Assembly (NCBI GenBank): GCA_023248155.1
Contig: JAHFFE010000002.1
Coordinates: 42,263 to 106,262 of the forward strand
Length of the DNA stretch: 64,000 nt
From: Candidatus Omnitrophota bacterium
GTDB lineage: Bacteria > Omnitrophota > Gorgyraeia > 1-14-0-20-64-10
Reading direction: 5' to 3'
The translations under genes and the position numbers were made by a program. The notes under the pieces were generated by a model, which was given only the letters and a program-made list of their open reading frames with translations, was not told where the DNA came from and did not search any database. Below are positions 20,311-30,153 of the stretch, in pieces. The first letter of the stretch is position 1. Every line of letters begins with the position of its first letter.

Positions 20311-20478
20311 TCAGCTACGAAGCGGCTTCGGGTGACGCGGGCGGGAGAGGCCTCCGCCGCCACGCGCGCAGCGAAGCGAGCACGGACGGCGGAGAGTGTC
20401 CCCGAGCGGCAGGACCCGAAGCGACGGAGATTTCTGGTATGCCCGAGCCGAATTGAGCACATCCAAAGTTTATTTCGT

Positions 20479-20507
20479 TTGACAAAACCGTATAGGTGAG
20501 GTATTGT
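20479..20507 (+). promoter_or_regulatory. Sigma70-like promoter (TTGACA-17 nt-TATTGT)
   Basis: -35 TTGACA at 20479-84, 17-nt spacer, -10 TATTGT at 20502-07, in an AT-richer island. Confidence 0.5.
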
Positions 20508-20513
20508 ACTTGT

Positions 20514-20748
20514 ACGGTTTATTAGAGTAGAAAAAAATGAATCAGAACTATACCTCGTATAAGAAGGCCATTTGTGCCATGACGGCTGTAGCAGCCGTGT
20601 GGCAGACGGATCTTTTTGTCTGTGCACCGATGCACGACTTGCGTCCGATGGGCCTTAAGGGAGGCGTTCTCTAGTTCCAAAGTAGTCGATAAACAGAGTC
20701 AAAAACCTTAAAGGCCCATGATCAAACGATCGTGGGCCTTTCTCTTTT
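20514..20748 (+). ncRNA. Candidate ~230-nt small transcript or leader between promoter and intrinsic terminator; contains a possible 45-aa sORF (20537..20674)
   Basis: Bounded by the promoter above and the terminator at 20711-48. Lower GC than its surroundings. sORF MNQNYTSYKKAICAMTAVAAVWQTDLFVCAPMHDLRPMGLKGGVL has a weak Shine-Dalgarno. Class not identifiable by eye. Confidence 0.3.
20711..20748 (+). terminator. Rho-independent terminator
   Basis: aaggcccatgatc-aaac-gatcgtgggcctt (13-bp stem, one mismatch) followed by tctctttt. Confidence 0.6.
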
Positions 20749-20783
20749 AGAACCCGCCATTGGGGCGAGGTTAACCAGGAGGA

Positions 20784-21020
20784 ATGAAGATGCCAAGAGT
20801 GAATGAACGAAAAAGTGAAAGCAGCAGCAGCCCGCCGAAATTGGGCCGGGGCAGCCGGAAAAACGCGGTTCAGCTGACCGCGCTGCTTTACCTGCGGGAA
20901 GCTTTAATCAACCAACGGTACGAGAATTGCCCTGAGTTCGTGGCGGTTGCCAAAGAATTCGGAGCGAGTCCTGCCGATATAGAGGCGTTACTGGAAGATG
21001 CTAGACGATTACCGGAGTGA
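20784..21020 (+). CDS. Hypothetical 78-aa protein (more likely 76 aa from ATG 20790)
   Basis: AGGAGG Shine-Dalgarno at 20777-82. MKMPRVNERKSESSSSPPKLGRG…EFVAVAKEFGASPADIEALLEDARRLPE; possible small helical DNA-binding fold, unassigned. Confidence 0.45.
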   Translation: MKMPRVNERKSESSSSPPKLGRGSRKNAVQLTALLYLREALINQRYENCPEFVAVAKEFGASPADIEALLEDARRLPE

Positions 21021-21024
21021 TTGT

Positions 21025-21906
21025 TTACGCAGCCAGAGCGGCGGGCGCTTTAACGGCCATCTGCTGGCGCTGTTGGGGTGTGGGCAGCTGGATGTTCCAG
21101 GCCAGCCCGAGCAACGAGAGAAGCCGGACTGTGCCATGGGTTATGTCCAGCTCCCACCACCGCAGCCCGTGGGCCGCGGAACGGGGGAATGCATGATGGT
21201 TATTGTGCCAGCCTTCGCCGTAGGTCAGCAGAGCAACCCACCAGTTGTTCGTCGACTGATCGTTGGATGCCCAGGTGCGGTAGCCCCAGACATGCGAAGC
21301 CGAATTGACGAACCATGTGGAGTGCCAGACGAATACGGTGCGCAACGCGAAGCCCCAAAGAAACGCGGACCATCCGCCCCAGAGAAACAGGCCGGCTGCC
21401 AAAATCAATTGATAGTACGGAAAAGTTTTTTCGATGAAACGGTAGACTGGATCGCGGTCAAGATCGGACGCGTAATGCCGGTAATTTTCGTACCGGTCGA
21501 GCTCGTCGCTGAACGAACAGAGCCAGCCCATGTGCGCCCAGAAGAAACCGCGCGTCGGGCTGTGAGGATCGTTCGGCATATCGGAGCGCGCGTGATGCAT
21601 GCGGTGAACAGCCACCCATTTGATGGGGCCGTTCTGCCAGGCCAAGCAGGCTAACCAGGTAATAAAATAATCCAGCGGTTTCCAGAGCTGGAACGACCGG
21701 TGCGTTAGCATCCGGTGATACGCAAGGCAAATCCCGATCCCGCCAGTAAGCCACTGCAGCACAAAGAATGCCCAGAACCCTTTCCAGCTGAAGCAAAAGA
21801 GAGCGGCCACCGCCAAAATGTGCATAACAGCGAAGACAGCAACGCTGTCCCACTTAATGCGCACCGGTTTGAGTAAATCGGTAGGAGTCTTTGATTCTTC
21901 TTGCAT
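21025..21906 (-). CDS. Membrane acyl-CoA/acyl-lipid delta-9 desaturase (stearoyl-CoA desaturase family)
   Basis: Three histidine boxes HRMLTHRSF, HRMHHARSD and HNNHHAFP, plus TM helices. Confidence 0.85.
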   Translation of the reverse strand: MQEESKTPTDLLKPVRIKWDSVAVFAVMHILAVAALFCFSWKGFWAFFVLQWLTGGIGICLAYHRMLTHRSFQLWKPLDYFITWLACLAWQNGPIKWVAVHRMHHARSDMPNDPHSPTRGFFWAHMGWLCSFSDELDRYENYRHYASDLDRDPVYRFIEKTFPYYQLILAAGLFLWGGWSAFLWGFALRTVFVWHSTWFVNSASHVWGYRTWASNDQSTNNWWVALLTYGEGWHNNHHAFPRSAAHGLRWWELDITHGTVRLLSLLGLAWNIQLPTPQQRQQMAVKAPAALAA

Positions 21907-22012
21907 GATAAGAATAGGTTAGCACCGGACAAGCGCTGTGTCAAAGTAAATCGGGCCTTGTTTTTGCCCGCCTATTGACCCGCGTTGAAGAGTCTGTTAC
22001 TGTGAAATTCTT

Positions 22013-23167
22013 ATGAAAAATATCCGGTGGCGCGACTTACTGATTGTGGCGGTGGCGGTCTCTCTGTCCTGGGGTTTGCGCGGCCAGCAGGGGCATGAGC
22101 GGGGTGCTGCCGCTGCCGGTGCGATGATCGGTTTGGCGCTGGGTGCCGTGACCGGCGGAGCTCCGTGGATCGGGTCGGCCGTCATCGGGTCGCTGACGTT
22201 TGCCATAGGCGGATCATTAAGCTACGGCCGGTTTGTGCAGGCCGCGTATGAAGGATCCTGGGAAGCGATCGGCTCGCTGGCCTTGATCGGTTTCGTCTGG
22301 GGCGGATTGGGCGCGCTCGGTTTGGGTCTGGGGCTGGCACTGCCCCGGTATAAATTGTGGGAGCGCGTCGTCATCGCCGGCGGATTGTTTCTCGTCTGGT
22401 TTTTAGTCGACCGTCTTTTATGGGGGTGGCTGGCCGGCCCCGATGATTTCTGGACGCGCGAACTAATGGCCATTATCCTGCTGGGCGTCTGGTCGCTGGT
22501 ATCGGCCTATGTCGGCGTCTGGCGCGGCGATTCCACTTCGTTAAAACTGGCCGTGGCCGGCGCGATCGGATTCGCCGTCGGATTTCCTCTGGCGGCCGGT
22601 GTGCAGGGCCTGGGCCAGTTAACCGGAATTCAGGCCGACTGGTGGGCCATCTCGGAACATTTAATCGGTTTGTGCGGCGGGTTAAGTCTGGGGATTACCG
22701 TTCTTTCGATGAAACCAACCTGGCAGTTGCCGCTGGCCGTCAAGCCGTGGGAACGGTGGTCGGGCATGGTCTGGCTGCTCTGGTTTTTGCCGGCCTGGCT
22801 GCTGGCCAATAATGTCGATTATTGGGTGAAGGAGCGAGCGCTGTTTCCGGCCGGTATCGGCCATGCAATCAGCTGGCTGATGATTCTGATTCTCGTTGGG
22901 CTGGCGGTTTGGGGCTGGTCTGAAATGCGCCGCGGCCGGTTATTCGTGATCTCCTGGATGCCGCGCCACCTGCGCCGTATATTTCTATTCTTCGTCTGGA
23001 TTACGACGATCCTGGCCTGCTCCAAGACGCTGCTTACTGAAACATTGAACAGTTCCGTTTTCGTTTTTGCCGGCATGGCGCTGCTGCTGACTTGGCTGGT
23101 CGGCACCTACCGTTCCGGTCTTCCGCCGGTTCGCCAAGCACGGGCCATAAAAACCGCCTCAAATTAG
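22013..23167 (+). CDS. Hypothetical polytopic membrane protein
   Basis: 384 aa, Gly/Trp-rich, about 10 hydrophobic segments; no motif recognised. Confidence 0.5.
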   Translation: MKNIRWRDLLIVAVAVSLSWGLRGQQGHERGAAAAGAMIGLALGAVTGGAPWIGSAVIGSLTFAIGGSLSYGRFVQAAYEGSWEAIGSLALIGFVWGGLGALGLGLGLALPRYKLWERVVIAGGLFLVWFLVDRLLWGWLAGPDDFWTRELMAIILLGVWSLVSAYVGVWRGDSTSLKLAVAGAIGFAVGFPLAAGVQGLGQLTGIQADWWAISEHLIGLCGGLSLGITVLSMKPTWQLPLAVKPWERWSGMVWLLWFLPAWLLANNVDYWVKERALFPAGIGHAISWLMILILVGLAVWGWSEMRRGRLFVISWMPRHLRRIFLFFVWITTILACSKTLLTETLNSSVFVFAGMALLLTWLVGTYRSGLPPVRQARAIKTASN

Positions 23168-23313
23168 GGATTGCCCTTGTATTTTGAGAGGGGATAAGCC
23201 ATTATGAGAGTGGGCCTTTCTGTCAGAACTGTTGAAAAAACTTAAAATTGTTAATCGTATGGAATCCGATAGTGGGGAATTGGGGCTGCACCATTAATTG
23301 AGGGAGGCAAGGA

Positions 23314-23718
23314 ATGGAAGAAACGCAGAACACTCATATTTTATTGGTGGATGATGAACCGGATTTGGTCCAAATGGTCTCGGTTCGGTTGAAAGCGGCC
23401 GGATACAATGTCGCCGTTGCGTATGACGGGCAGCAGGCGCTCGATTATGTCAAGCAGACGCGGCCGGACATGATTATTCTCGACTTGATGCTGCCGAAGC
23501 TCGATGGCTACAAGGTCTGCCGGCTATTGAAATTCGACGAGCGGACGAAAGGAATTCCGATCCTGATTTTCACGGCGCGCGCGCAGGTGGAAGATGTAAC
23601 GCTGGCGACTGAGTGCGGGGCCGACGCCTACCTGACCAAACCGTTCGAGGCGAAAACGCTGTTGACCAAGATTCAGGATTTAGTCGGGCTGGGCAAGAAA
23701 AACGCGGAACCAAAATAA
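23314..23718 (+). CDS. Single-domain response regulator (CheY-like receiver)
   Basis: ILLVDDEPD…ILDLMLPKLDG…TKPF with the phospho-acceptor Asp. Confidence 0.85.
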   Translation: MEETQNTHILLVDDEPDLVQMVSVRLKAAGYNVAVAYDGQQALDYVKQTRPDMIILDLMLPKLDGYKVCRLLKFDERTKGIPILIFTARAQVEDVTLATECGADAYLTKPFEAKTLLTKIQDLVGLGKKNAEPK

Positions 23719-23735
23719 TCCGGCGAGGGAAACGA

Positions 23736-25382
23736 ATGCCCACCGCGAAAAAGCAGCTTAACCGAAAAGAACTGCGGAGCTGGCTCGCTCAGCTGGATCA
23801 GCAGCTGGATCTGGAAGCGCTGATGAAAGGCTGCTGCGGGATGTTGATTAAGCTGACCGGAGCCGACCGTTGTTCGATTATGGTGCTCGACAGCGATACC
23901 GACCACCTGATCGTCCGCTGGGCGCATGGAAACCGGGTGCAGATGAAGGGCTCCGGCATGAAATTCCGCGTCGGTGAAGGGTTGTGCGGATGGGTGGCCC
24001 GTTCGCAAAAATCATTCTGCTCTTTGGATGCCACGAAAGAAGTCCGTTTCATGCCGCGCGCGCAGCAATCGGGGCAACCGCGCAATTTCAAAGAAGTGCG
24101 CGGCATTTGCTGCACGCCGCTGGTGGTCGACGGACGAACCGTCGGCGTGATCAATTTCTCCAGCTTTGACGCCAAAAAAACCCGCTTCGACTGGATCCGC
24201 AAGGACGAAGTCAAACTGTTTATCGAACGGCTGGCCCGCGTGATTTACCAGGCCGCGCTGCTGCGCGAATCGCAGGCCGTTTCAGAACGGTTCCGGCGGC
24301 AGGCCAAGGCCACCTCGGAGACCGTCGCTCAGGTCAGCCACGAAGTGCGCACGCCGCTGACGCTGGTCACTGAGGCGTCGCAGCAGCTGATTGATGAACT
24401 CGCCGGACCGCTTCAACCCGACCAGAAAAAACTGGTCCATATCATTCAATCCCAATCCCAGCGGATGCTGAAGCTGGTTTCGGAACTGCTCGACATTTCG
24501 CGCATCGAAGCCGGCCGCATGGCGCTGTACCGCGAACCGATGTCGATGGCCGATGCCATCCGCGACGTGGCCGACCGTTACCAGATGCTGGTTTCGCCGC
24601 GCAAACTGATTTTGGAAATCGGACTGGTCCCGCTGGTTTACGGCGACAAGACGCGGCTGGCGCAGATCGTCGAGAACCTGCTCGGCAATGCCGTTAAATT
24701 CACGCCGCCGGAGGGTTCAATTACCATTGGACTGCGCGAAAAAGGCAAAACGGCCGAGATCTCCGTGCAGGATACCGGCGCCGGCATTCCGCACAAGCAA
24801 CTCAAACTGCTGTTCCAGCGTTTTTCAAAACTCAAAGTGGCCGCCGGCATTAATGTGCGCGGCACCGGTTTGGGGCTGATGATCGTCAAGGAAGTGGCGC
24901 AGATGCACGGCGGGGCGGTACGCGTTGACTCGGAACCGGGCAAGGGAACCCGCTTTTCGGTGACGCTGCCGCTGTATTCGTCGACGCTGGCGCTCTCGGA
25001 AGAGTTCCGTGTGATGCGCGAGCAATCGTCGCGCGAAGGGCGGGATCTGGCGATTCAATTGCTGCGCCTGAAAAAAGATCCGAAAGCCACGCTCAATGAA
25101 ATCCGTGAAATGCTGGTCAAGCATGTGTCGCGCGAAGACCGCATTTTGGAAAACCCCGACGGCGGCCTGGTGATTTTGTCGGTCGTCGACCCGGAAGGGT
25201 TCGCGGCGATGCGAAAAAGAATCGATCAGGTATTTGCCGCGAATTTGCCGGCGGTCAATTCCCGCGATTTAGGCTGGGGGTGGGCGCTGGTTCCAAAAGA
25301 GGGAACGACGCTGACCATGGTGCTGCCGATTGCCGAGCGCCGCGCGCAGGAAGAAAAATTGGAGGCCGCGAAAAGCCGATGA
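23736..25382 (+). CDS. GAF-domain sensor histidine kinase
   Basis: Start at ATG 23736 (MPTAKKQLNRKEL…), in frame with track ORF 23613. GAF-like N-terminus, H-box VSHEVRTPLT, then N, G1 (DTGAGI) and G2 (GTGLGL) boxes. Confidence 0.85.
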   Translation: MPTAKKQLNRKELRSWLAQLDQQLDLEALMKGCCGMLIKLTGADRCSIMVLDSDTDHLIVRWAHGNRVQMKGSGMKFRVGEGLCGWVARSQKSFCSLDATKEVRFMPRAQQSGQPRNFKEVRGICCTPLVVDGRTVGVINFSSFDAKKTRFDWIRKDEVKLFIERLARVIYQAALLRESQAVSERFRRQAKATSETVAQVSHEVRTPLTLVTEASQQLIDELAGPLQPDQKKLVHIIQSQSQRMLKLVSELLDISRIEAGRMALYREPMSMADAIRDVADRYQMLVSPRKLILEIGLVPLVYGDKTRLAQIVENLLGNAVKFTPPEGSITIGLREKGKTAEISVQDTGAGIPHKQLKLLFQRFSKLKVAAGINVRGTGLGLMIVKEVAQMHGGAVRVDSEPGKGTRFSVTLPLYSSTLALSEEFRVMREQSSREGRDLAIQLLRLKKDPKATLNEIREMLVKHVSREDRILENPDGGLVILSVVDPEGFAAMRKRIDQVFAANLPAVNSRDLGWGWALVPKEGTTLTMVLPIAERRAQEEKLEAAKSR

Positions 25383-25795
25383 CCATTCTAATCATTGAAG
25401 ATGAAGCGCAGGTCCGTGAATTGCTCGGCCGCCGCCTGCAGGCGCACAGCTACGAAACGCAGGAGGCCGAGAACGGCAAGGTCGGCCTTGAAAAGGCCAA
25501 ACAGCTGAAGCCCGAACTGATCATCCTTGATTTGAATATGCCGGAGATCGACGGAATCCAGGTTTATCAGCGGCTGCGCCAGGATCCGGACACCGCGAAG
25601 ATTCCGGTTCTTTTTCTGACCGCATTGTCGGCCGGTGGAACGATGACCGAGCAAAGCCTGGCGATTATCGCTTCGGCGAAGCACCGTGTGCAGTTGACGG
25701 GAAAATATGCCGTCATGGGTAAACCATATGATGCTCAGCAGCTGTTGGAGACGATCCGAAAACTGCTGGGGCAGGAGAGCGCGCCGGCGGTATGA
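25379..25795 (+). CDS. Single-domain response regulator
   Basis: ATGA overlap with the kinase. ILIIEDEAQ…ILDLNMPEIDG…K. Confidence 0.85.
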   Translation: MTILIIEDEAQVRELLGRRLQAHSYETQEAENGKVGLEKAKQLKPELIILDLNMPEIDGIQVYQRLRQDPDTAKIPVLFLTALSAGGTMTEQSLAIIASAKHRVQLTGKYAVMGKPYDAQQLLETIRKLLGQESAPAV

Positions 25796-27465
25796 AATCG
25801 ACCAAGCAGACCGATGAACGGCTCGTTGAAGAAGGGCTGATTACGCCGGAACAGCTGGCGAAGGCCCGCTCGGAAGCGCTGCGCGGCGGAGGCACCGTGC
25901 GCGAAGCGATCCTGCGAATGCGGTTTGTCGAGCCGTCGCGCATGGCCGACTGGCTCAGCCAGCAGCTGCAGATTCCGCGCGTGGAATTAAAATCGTACGT
26001 GATCGATTCGAAAGTTCTGCAGCTTGTTCCCGAGGCGCTGGCCCGCAAGCATCGCGTCATCCCGTTGTTTAAGGTAGGTAATTCGCTCACCGTTGCCACG
26101 GCCGATCCGCTGAATTTAATCGCGCTCGACGAACTGCATTTGAAAACCGCCAAAACGATCGAACCGGTTGTCGCCACCGATCAGGAAATTAATCAGGCGC
26201 TGGCCGATTATTACGGCACGAAAGGGCGCGTCGATGAGCTGGTGTCGGGGATGCCGGCCGAGACCGCCGCGGCGGAACTTCCTTCCGGCGCCGCTGCCGC
26301 GCAGAAAGCGTCGGACCCGCCTGTGGTGCAGCTGGTTAATCTGCTGCTCACCGACGCGGCCCGTTACCGCGCGTCAGATATTCACCTGGAACCCGAGCAT
26401 GAGGGGATGCGCGTCCGGTTCCGCATCGACGGAATTTTGCGCGAACAAACGGTGCTGCCCAAATCGCTGGAGCCGGCCGTTGTTTCGCGCATCAAGATTC
26501 TTGCCGGCATGGACATTGCCGACCAGCGCAAACCGCAGGACGGCCGTTTCCGGACGACGCTGGAAGGGCACGAGGTCGATCTGCGTATTTCGGTGATTCC
26601 GTCGATGGACGGAGAAACGGTCGTGATGCGTTTGCTGGATACGCAGGGCTTGCGCCTCGACATGAGCCAGCTGGGCATGGATGCCGACATGTTGGCACGC
26701 TACCAGCAGCTGGTTCAGCGCGCCTGGGGAATTTTGCTGGTGACCGGTCCGACCGGTTCCGGAAAAACGACGACACTGTATTCGACGCTGGCGTCGCTCA
26801 ATGCCGTCGAGCGCAACATCGTCACGATTGAAGATCCAGTCGAATATCGTTTGTCCGGCATCCGGCAGATTCAGGTGAATTCATCCGTGCAGCTGACGTT
26901 CGCCACCGGCTTGCGTTCGATTTTGCGTCAGGACCCCAACATCATCATGGTCGGAGAAATCCGTGACCGCGAAACGGCCGAGATCGCGATTCAATCGGCG
27001 TTGACGGGTCATATGGTTTTCTCGACGCTGCATACCAATGACGCGGCCACCGCCATTACACGGCTGCTCGACATGGGCATCGAGCCGTTCCTGGTCAGTT
27101 CCAGCTTGATCGGCGTGTTGGCCCAGCGGCTGGTGCGCACACTTTGTCCCGAATGCAAAACCGACGATCCGGCGCAGGAAGAAAAAGCGCGCAAGATGGG
27201 GTTCACCGGGACGGGTCACTGGATGAAAGCGGCCGGCTGCCGCCAATGCGGAAAAACCGGATACCGCGGCCGGATCGCGCTGTTTGAGCTGATGCCGATG
27301 GATGAAACGATTCAGAAAATGACGCTGGCCAAAACGTCGGCGTCCGATATCGCCACGCACGCGCATTCCGCCGGCATGAAAGCGCTGCGCGAAGACGGGC
27401 TGGCCAAGGCGGCGGCCGGAATCACGACGATCGACGAGGTGTTCCGCGTCGTCTCGGAGGCGTAA
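25792..27465 (+). CDS. Type IV pilus/T2SS assembly ATPase (GspE/PilB family)
   Basis: GspE N-terminal domain, Walker A VTGPTGSGKTTTLYS, Asp and His boxes, tetracysteine CPEC…CRQC zinc motif. Confidence 0.9.
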   Translation: MKSTKQTDERLVEEGLITPEQLAKARSEALRGGGTVREAILRMRFVEPSRMADWLSQQLQIPRVELKSYVIDSKVLQLVPEALARKHRVIPLFKVGNSLTVATADPLNLIALDELHLKTAKTIEPVVATDQEINQALADYYGTKGRVDELVSGMPAETAAAELPSGAAAAQKASDPPVVQLVNLLLTDAARYRASDIHLEPEHEGMRVRFRIDGILREQTVLPKSLEPAVVSRIKILAGMDIADQRKPQDGRFRTTLEGHEVDLRISVIPSMDGETVVMRLLDTQGLRLDMSQLGMDADMLARYQQLVQRAWGILLVTGPTGSGKTTTLYSTLASLNAVERNIVTIEDPVEYRLSGIRQIQVNSSVQLTFATGLRSILRQDPNIIMVGEIRDRETAEIAIQSALTGHMVFSTLHTNDAATAITRLLDMGIEPFLVSSSLIGVLAQRLVRTLCPECKTDDPAQEEKARKMGFTGTGHWMKAAGCRQCGKTGYRGRIALFELMPMDETIQKMTLAKTSASDIATHAHSAGMKALREDGLAKAAAGITTIDEVFRVVSEA

Positions 27466-27469
27466 ACCG

Positions 27470-28699
27470 ATGCCGACGTTTGCGTATCAGGCGCGCGATG
27501 AAGCGGGGCGGCTGGTGAAAGGGTTTCAGGAGGCGGAATCCCAGACTCTGCTGCTGCAGCAATTGCGCAAGGCCGGTTATTTAATCACGCGGCTGGAAGA
27601 AAAGACACAACAGAGTACGAGCTGGCTGCCTGACCTTCAGTTTGGAAAAAGGGTCGACGGGCAGGACCTGCTGATGGCTATTTTACAGCTGGCGAATCTG
27701 GTCGAGGCCGGACTTCCGCTGTTAACGGCGCTCAATACCGTTTGCGAGCAGTGGGCCGACGGTCCGCTGAAAGAGGCGCTCAGCGCCGTCGTGCGCGACA
27801 TTGAATCGGGCGAGAAATTTTCGCAGGCGCTCAAAAAGCATCCGCATATTTTCCCGAAATTAATGGTGAGCATGGTGATGGTCGGCGAGCAGACCGGAAA
27901 ATTGGACCTGGTGCTGATGCGGTTCTCGTCGTTTCTCGAACGGGACATGGCCGAACGCAGGGCGCTTCAGTCGGCTCTGAGTTATCCGATTTTGCTGTTT
28001 TGCGCCAGCATCGTGCTGGTGCTTTTCGTGGTGACGTTTGTGGTGCCGCAGTTTTCCGAGTTGTTCGTCAAGGCCGGCGTGCGGATGCCGGCGCCCACGC
28101 TCTTTTTATGCGGCGTCGGAAAATCGATCCGGCAATACTGGTGGCTCATGATTCTTTCGGTGCCGGCGGCCGGGGTTGGGGTTCCTCTGCTGATGCGCCG
28201 TCCCGATGTTCGCGCGTTCTGCGACCGATGGATTCTGAAAGTTCCGATATTCGGGAAGGTGATTTATCAGACGGTCATCCTGCGTTTCGCGCGCAGCCTG
28301 GCCACGCTGGTGGCCAGCGGCATCTCGATTTTGAGCGCGCTGGATACCGCCCGGGAAATGGTCGACAACCAGATGATCGAAGCCGAGCTCAAGCGCGTGC
28401 GCAGCGCCGTCGAGCGCGGCGAGAAACTGTCGGCGGCGCTGGCTGCCGGGAAAATTTTTCATCCCGACGTGGTGCAGATGGTCAAGGCCGGCGAAGAATC
28501 CGGCCGCATGGACGCGATGCTCGACAAGGTCGCCGATTTTTATGAGATGCGCGTTAATTTTTCATTGAAACAAATGGTTACTTTTCTGGAACCGCTTTTA
28601 TTAATGGGGATGGGAGGCATCGTCGTTTTAATTATGGCGTCTTTGATCTTGCCGATGTTTGATATGGTCAAGGTCTTACAAAATGGAGGGTTACGCTGA
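27470..28699 (+). CDS. Type IV pilus/T2SS inner-membrane platform protein (GspF/PilC)
   Basis: Two T2SSF repeats, three TM segments. ATGA overlap with the following gene. Confidence 0.85.
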   Translation: MPTFAYQARDEAGRLVKGFQEAESQTLLLQQLRKAGYLITRLEEKTQQSTSWLPDLQFGKRVDGQDLLMAILQLANLVEAGLPLLTALNTVCEQWADGPLKEALSAVVRDIESGEKFSQALKKHPHIFPKLMVSMVMVGEQTGKLDLVLMRFSSFLERDMAERRALQSALSYPILLFCASIVLVLFVVTFVVPQFSELFVKAGVRMPAPTLFLCGVGKSIRQYWWLMILSVPAAGVGVPLLMRRPDVRAFCDRWILKVPIFGKVIYQTVILRFARSLATLVASGISILSALDTAREMVDNQMIEAELKRVRSAVERGEKLSAALAAGKIFHPDVVQMVKAGEESGRMDAMLDKVADFYEMRVNFSLKQMVTFLEPLLLMGMGGIVVLIMASLILPMFDMVKVLQNGGLR

Positions 28700-29172
28700 T
28701 GAAAATGAGGCAACGTAAAATAAGCAAAGGGTTCACGCTGGTCGAGTTGATCATCGTGATCGCCGTGATCGCGATTTTGCTGGGCATCGCGCTTCCGCGG
28801 CTGCGCGGCATGATTGACGAAGGCAACTCCGCCCGCGCCGCTGCCGAAGTCCGCGCGCTGCAGGCGGCAGTCGAGTCTTTCTTTATCCATAACGCCCGCG
28901 TTTATCCGGCGGCCGGCGCGACCTGGGAAAACGCGTTAGTGGCCGCGAGCCCGCGGCTGATTGGCGCCGCGCTGCTCGATCCGTTTAACGGGGCTGTTCA
29001 ATATCAGTACGCGCTATCGGCCAACGGCCAGTTTTATGTAATCTCGTCGTTCGGCCCCAACAGGGCTGCAACGATTATCGGCATTGATAACACCGGCGCG
29101 GTCACTCCTGCGGGAGCTACCGGAGACGATATCTTCAGCTCGAACGGCACTCCGGGTAACGGCGGGTTTTAA
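28699..29172 (+). CDS. GspG-like major (pseudo)pilin with prepilin peptidase site
   Basis: KGFTLVELIIVIAVIAILLGIALP N-methylation motif. AAAEVRALQAAVESFFIHNARVYP resembles the GspG alpha-beta loop. Confidence 0.8.
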   Translation: MKMRQRKISKGFTLVELIIVIAVIAILLGIALPRLRGMIDEGNSARAAAEVRALQAAVESFFIHNARVYPAAGATWENALVAASPRLIGAALLDPFNGAVQYQYALSANGQFYVISSFGPNRAATIIGIDNTGAVTPAGATGDDIFSSNGTPGNGGF

Positions 29173-30153
29173 TTGGTAGTGGAGTTACTGCGAGGGAAGG
29201 GACGGCTCCAGCTGGTGCTTGGGGCCGTCCTGACCTGCGGCGTGGGGATCGCGTTGTCAATGGCCGCGCTGATGGTGCCCGAGCGTTTTGATGCCTGGCG
29301 CATCTACGCGTTCGGCGTGGGCGTTATTTTTTTCATGCTGGCCTATCTGATTTCCAGCTTTCGGCACGCTTCTAAAATCGAAACACTGGTTCTTGAACGG
29401 ACCGCTGAGTTGCAGGCGGCCAACCTGCGTCTGCTTGAGTTGGGAAAAATCAAGGATGAATTTGTCGCGGTGGTCAGCCATGAACTGCGCACGCCGATCG
29501 CCGTGATGCGCGAGGGGATCTGCCAGATGCAGGAAGGGGTTTGCGGTCCGATTACTCTGGAACAGCAGGCAACCATCGCGATCACATTAAGAAATCTCGA
29601 GCGGCTGCGCGAGCTGGTTGAGGATATGCTCGATATTTCCAAAATTGAAGCGGGAAAAATTGTTTTACAGCATGAAAAATTCGATTTTATTCAACTGGTT
29701 CGGGAAATCCAGAATTCTTTTTTGCCCCGTTCGCGCGAGAAAGAGATCGGCCTTGAATTGCATTTGCCGGGGCCGCATCTCTGGGTCCGGGCCGACCGCG
29801 CGAAACTGGCGCAGGTATTAACGAACCTGGTCAGCAACGCCATAAAGTTTACCGATCAGGGCGAGGTGCGCGTGACCGTGGAAGAGGACGCGCAACAGAT
29901 CCGGTGCGCGGTCTCCGACAGCGGCATCGGCATTTCGGACGAGAACATGCCCAAGCTGTTCCAGAAATTCCAGCAGTTTACGCGTCTCAGCAACGGTGAA
30001 AAAGGCAGCGGTCTGGGCCTGGCCATCTGCAGGGGGTTAATCGATCTGCATCAGGGCCGTCTCTGGGCCGAGTCGTCTTACGGAAAAGGAAGCCGTTTTA
30101 TTTTCAGCATCCCCAAGGGGGAAAACAGGGAGCCGTCCGCCGCCATCCGATGA
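29173..30153 (+). CDS. Membrane-anchored histidine kinase (2 TM, no periplasmic sensor domain)
   Basis: TTG start directly after the pilin stop (ATG 29260 is an alternative). H-box VSHELRTPIA, G1 DSGIGI, G2 GSGLGL. Confidence 0.75.
   Translation: MVVELLRGKGRLQLVLGAVLTCGVGIALSMAALMVPERFDAWRIYAFGVGVIFFMLAYLISSFRHASKIETLVLERTAELQAANLRLLELGKIKDEFVAVVSHELRTPIAVMREGICQMQEGVCGPITLEQQATIAITLRNLERLRELVEDMLDISKIEAGKIVLQHEKFDFIQLVREIQNSFLPRSREKEIGLELHLPGPHLWVRADRAKLAQVLTNLVSNAIKFTDQGEVRVTVEEDAQQIRCAVSDSGIGISDENMPKLFQKFQQFTRLSNGEKGSGLGLAICRGLIDLHQGRLWAESSYGKGSRFIFSIPKGENREPSAAIR

Noticed and set aside
20514-20748. Idea that the small transcript is 6S RNA
   Set aside because: The 5' and 3' ends are not complementary as required for the 6S closing stem. 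It ends in an intrinsic terminator, which is atypical for processed 6S.
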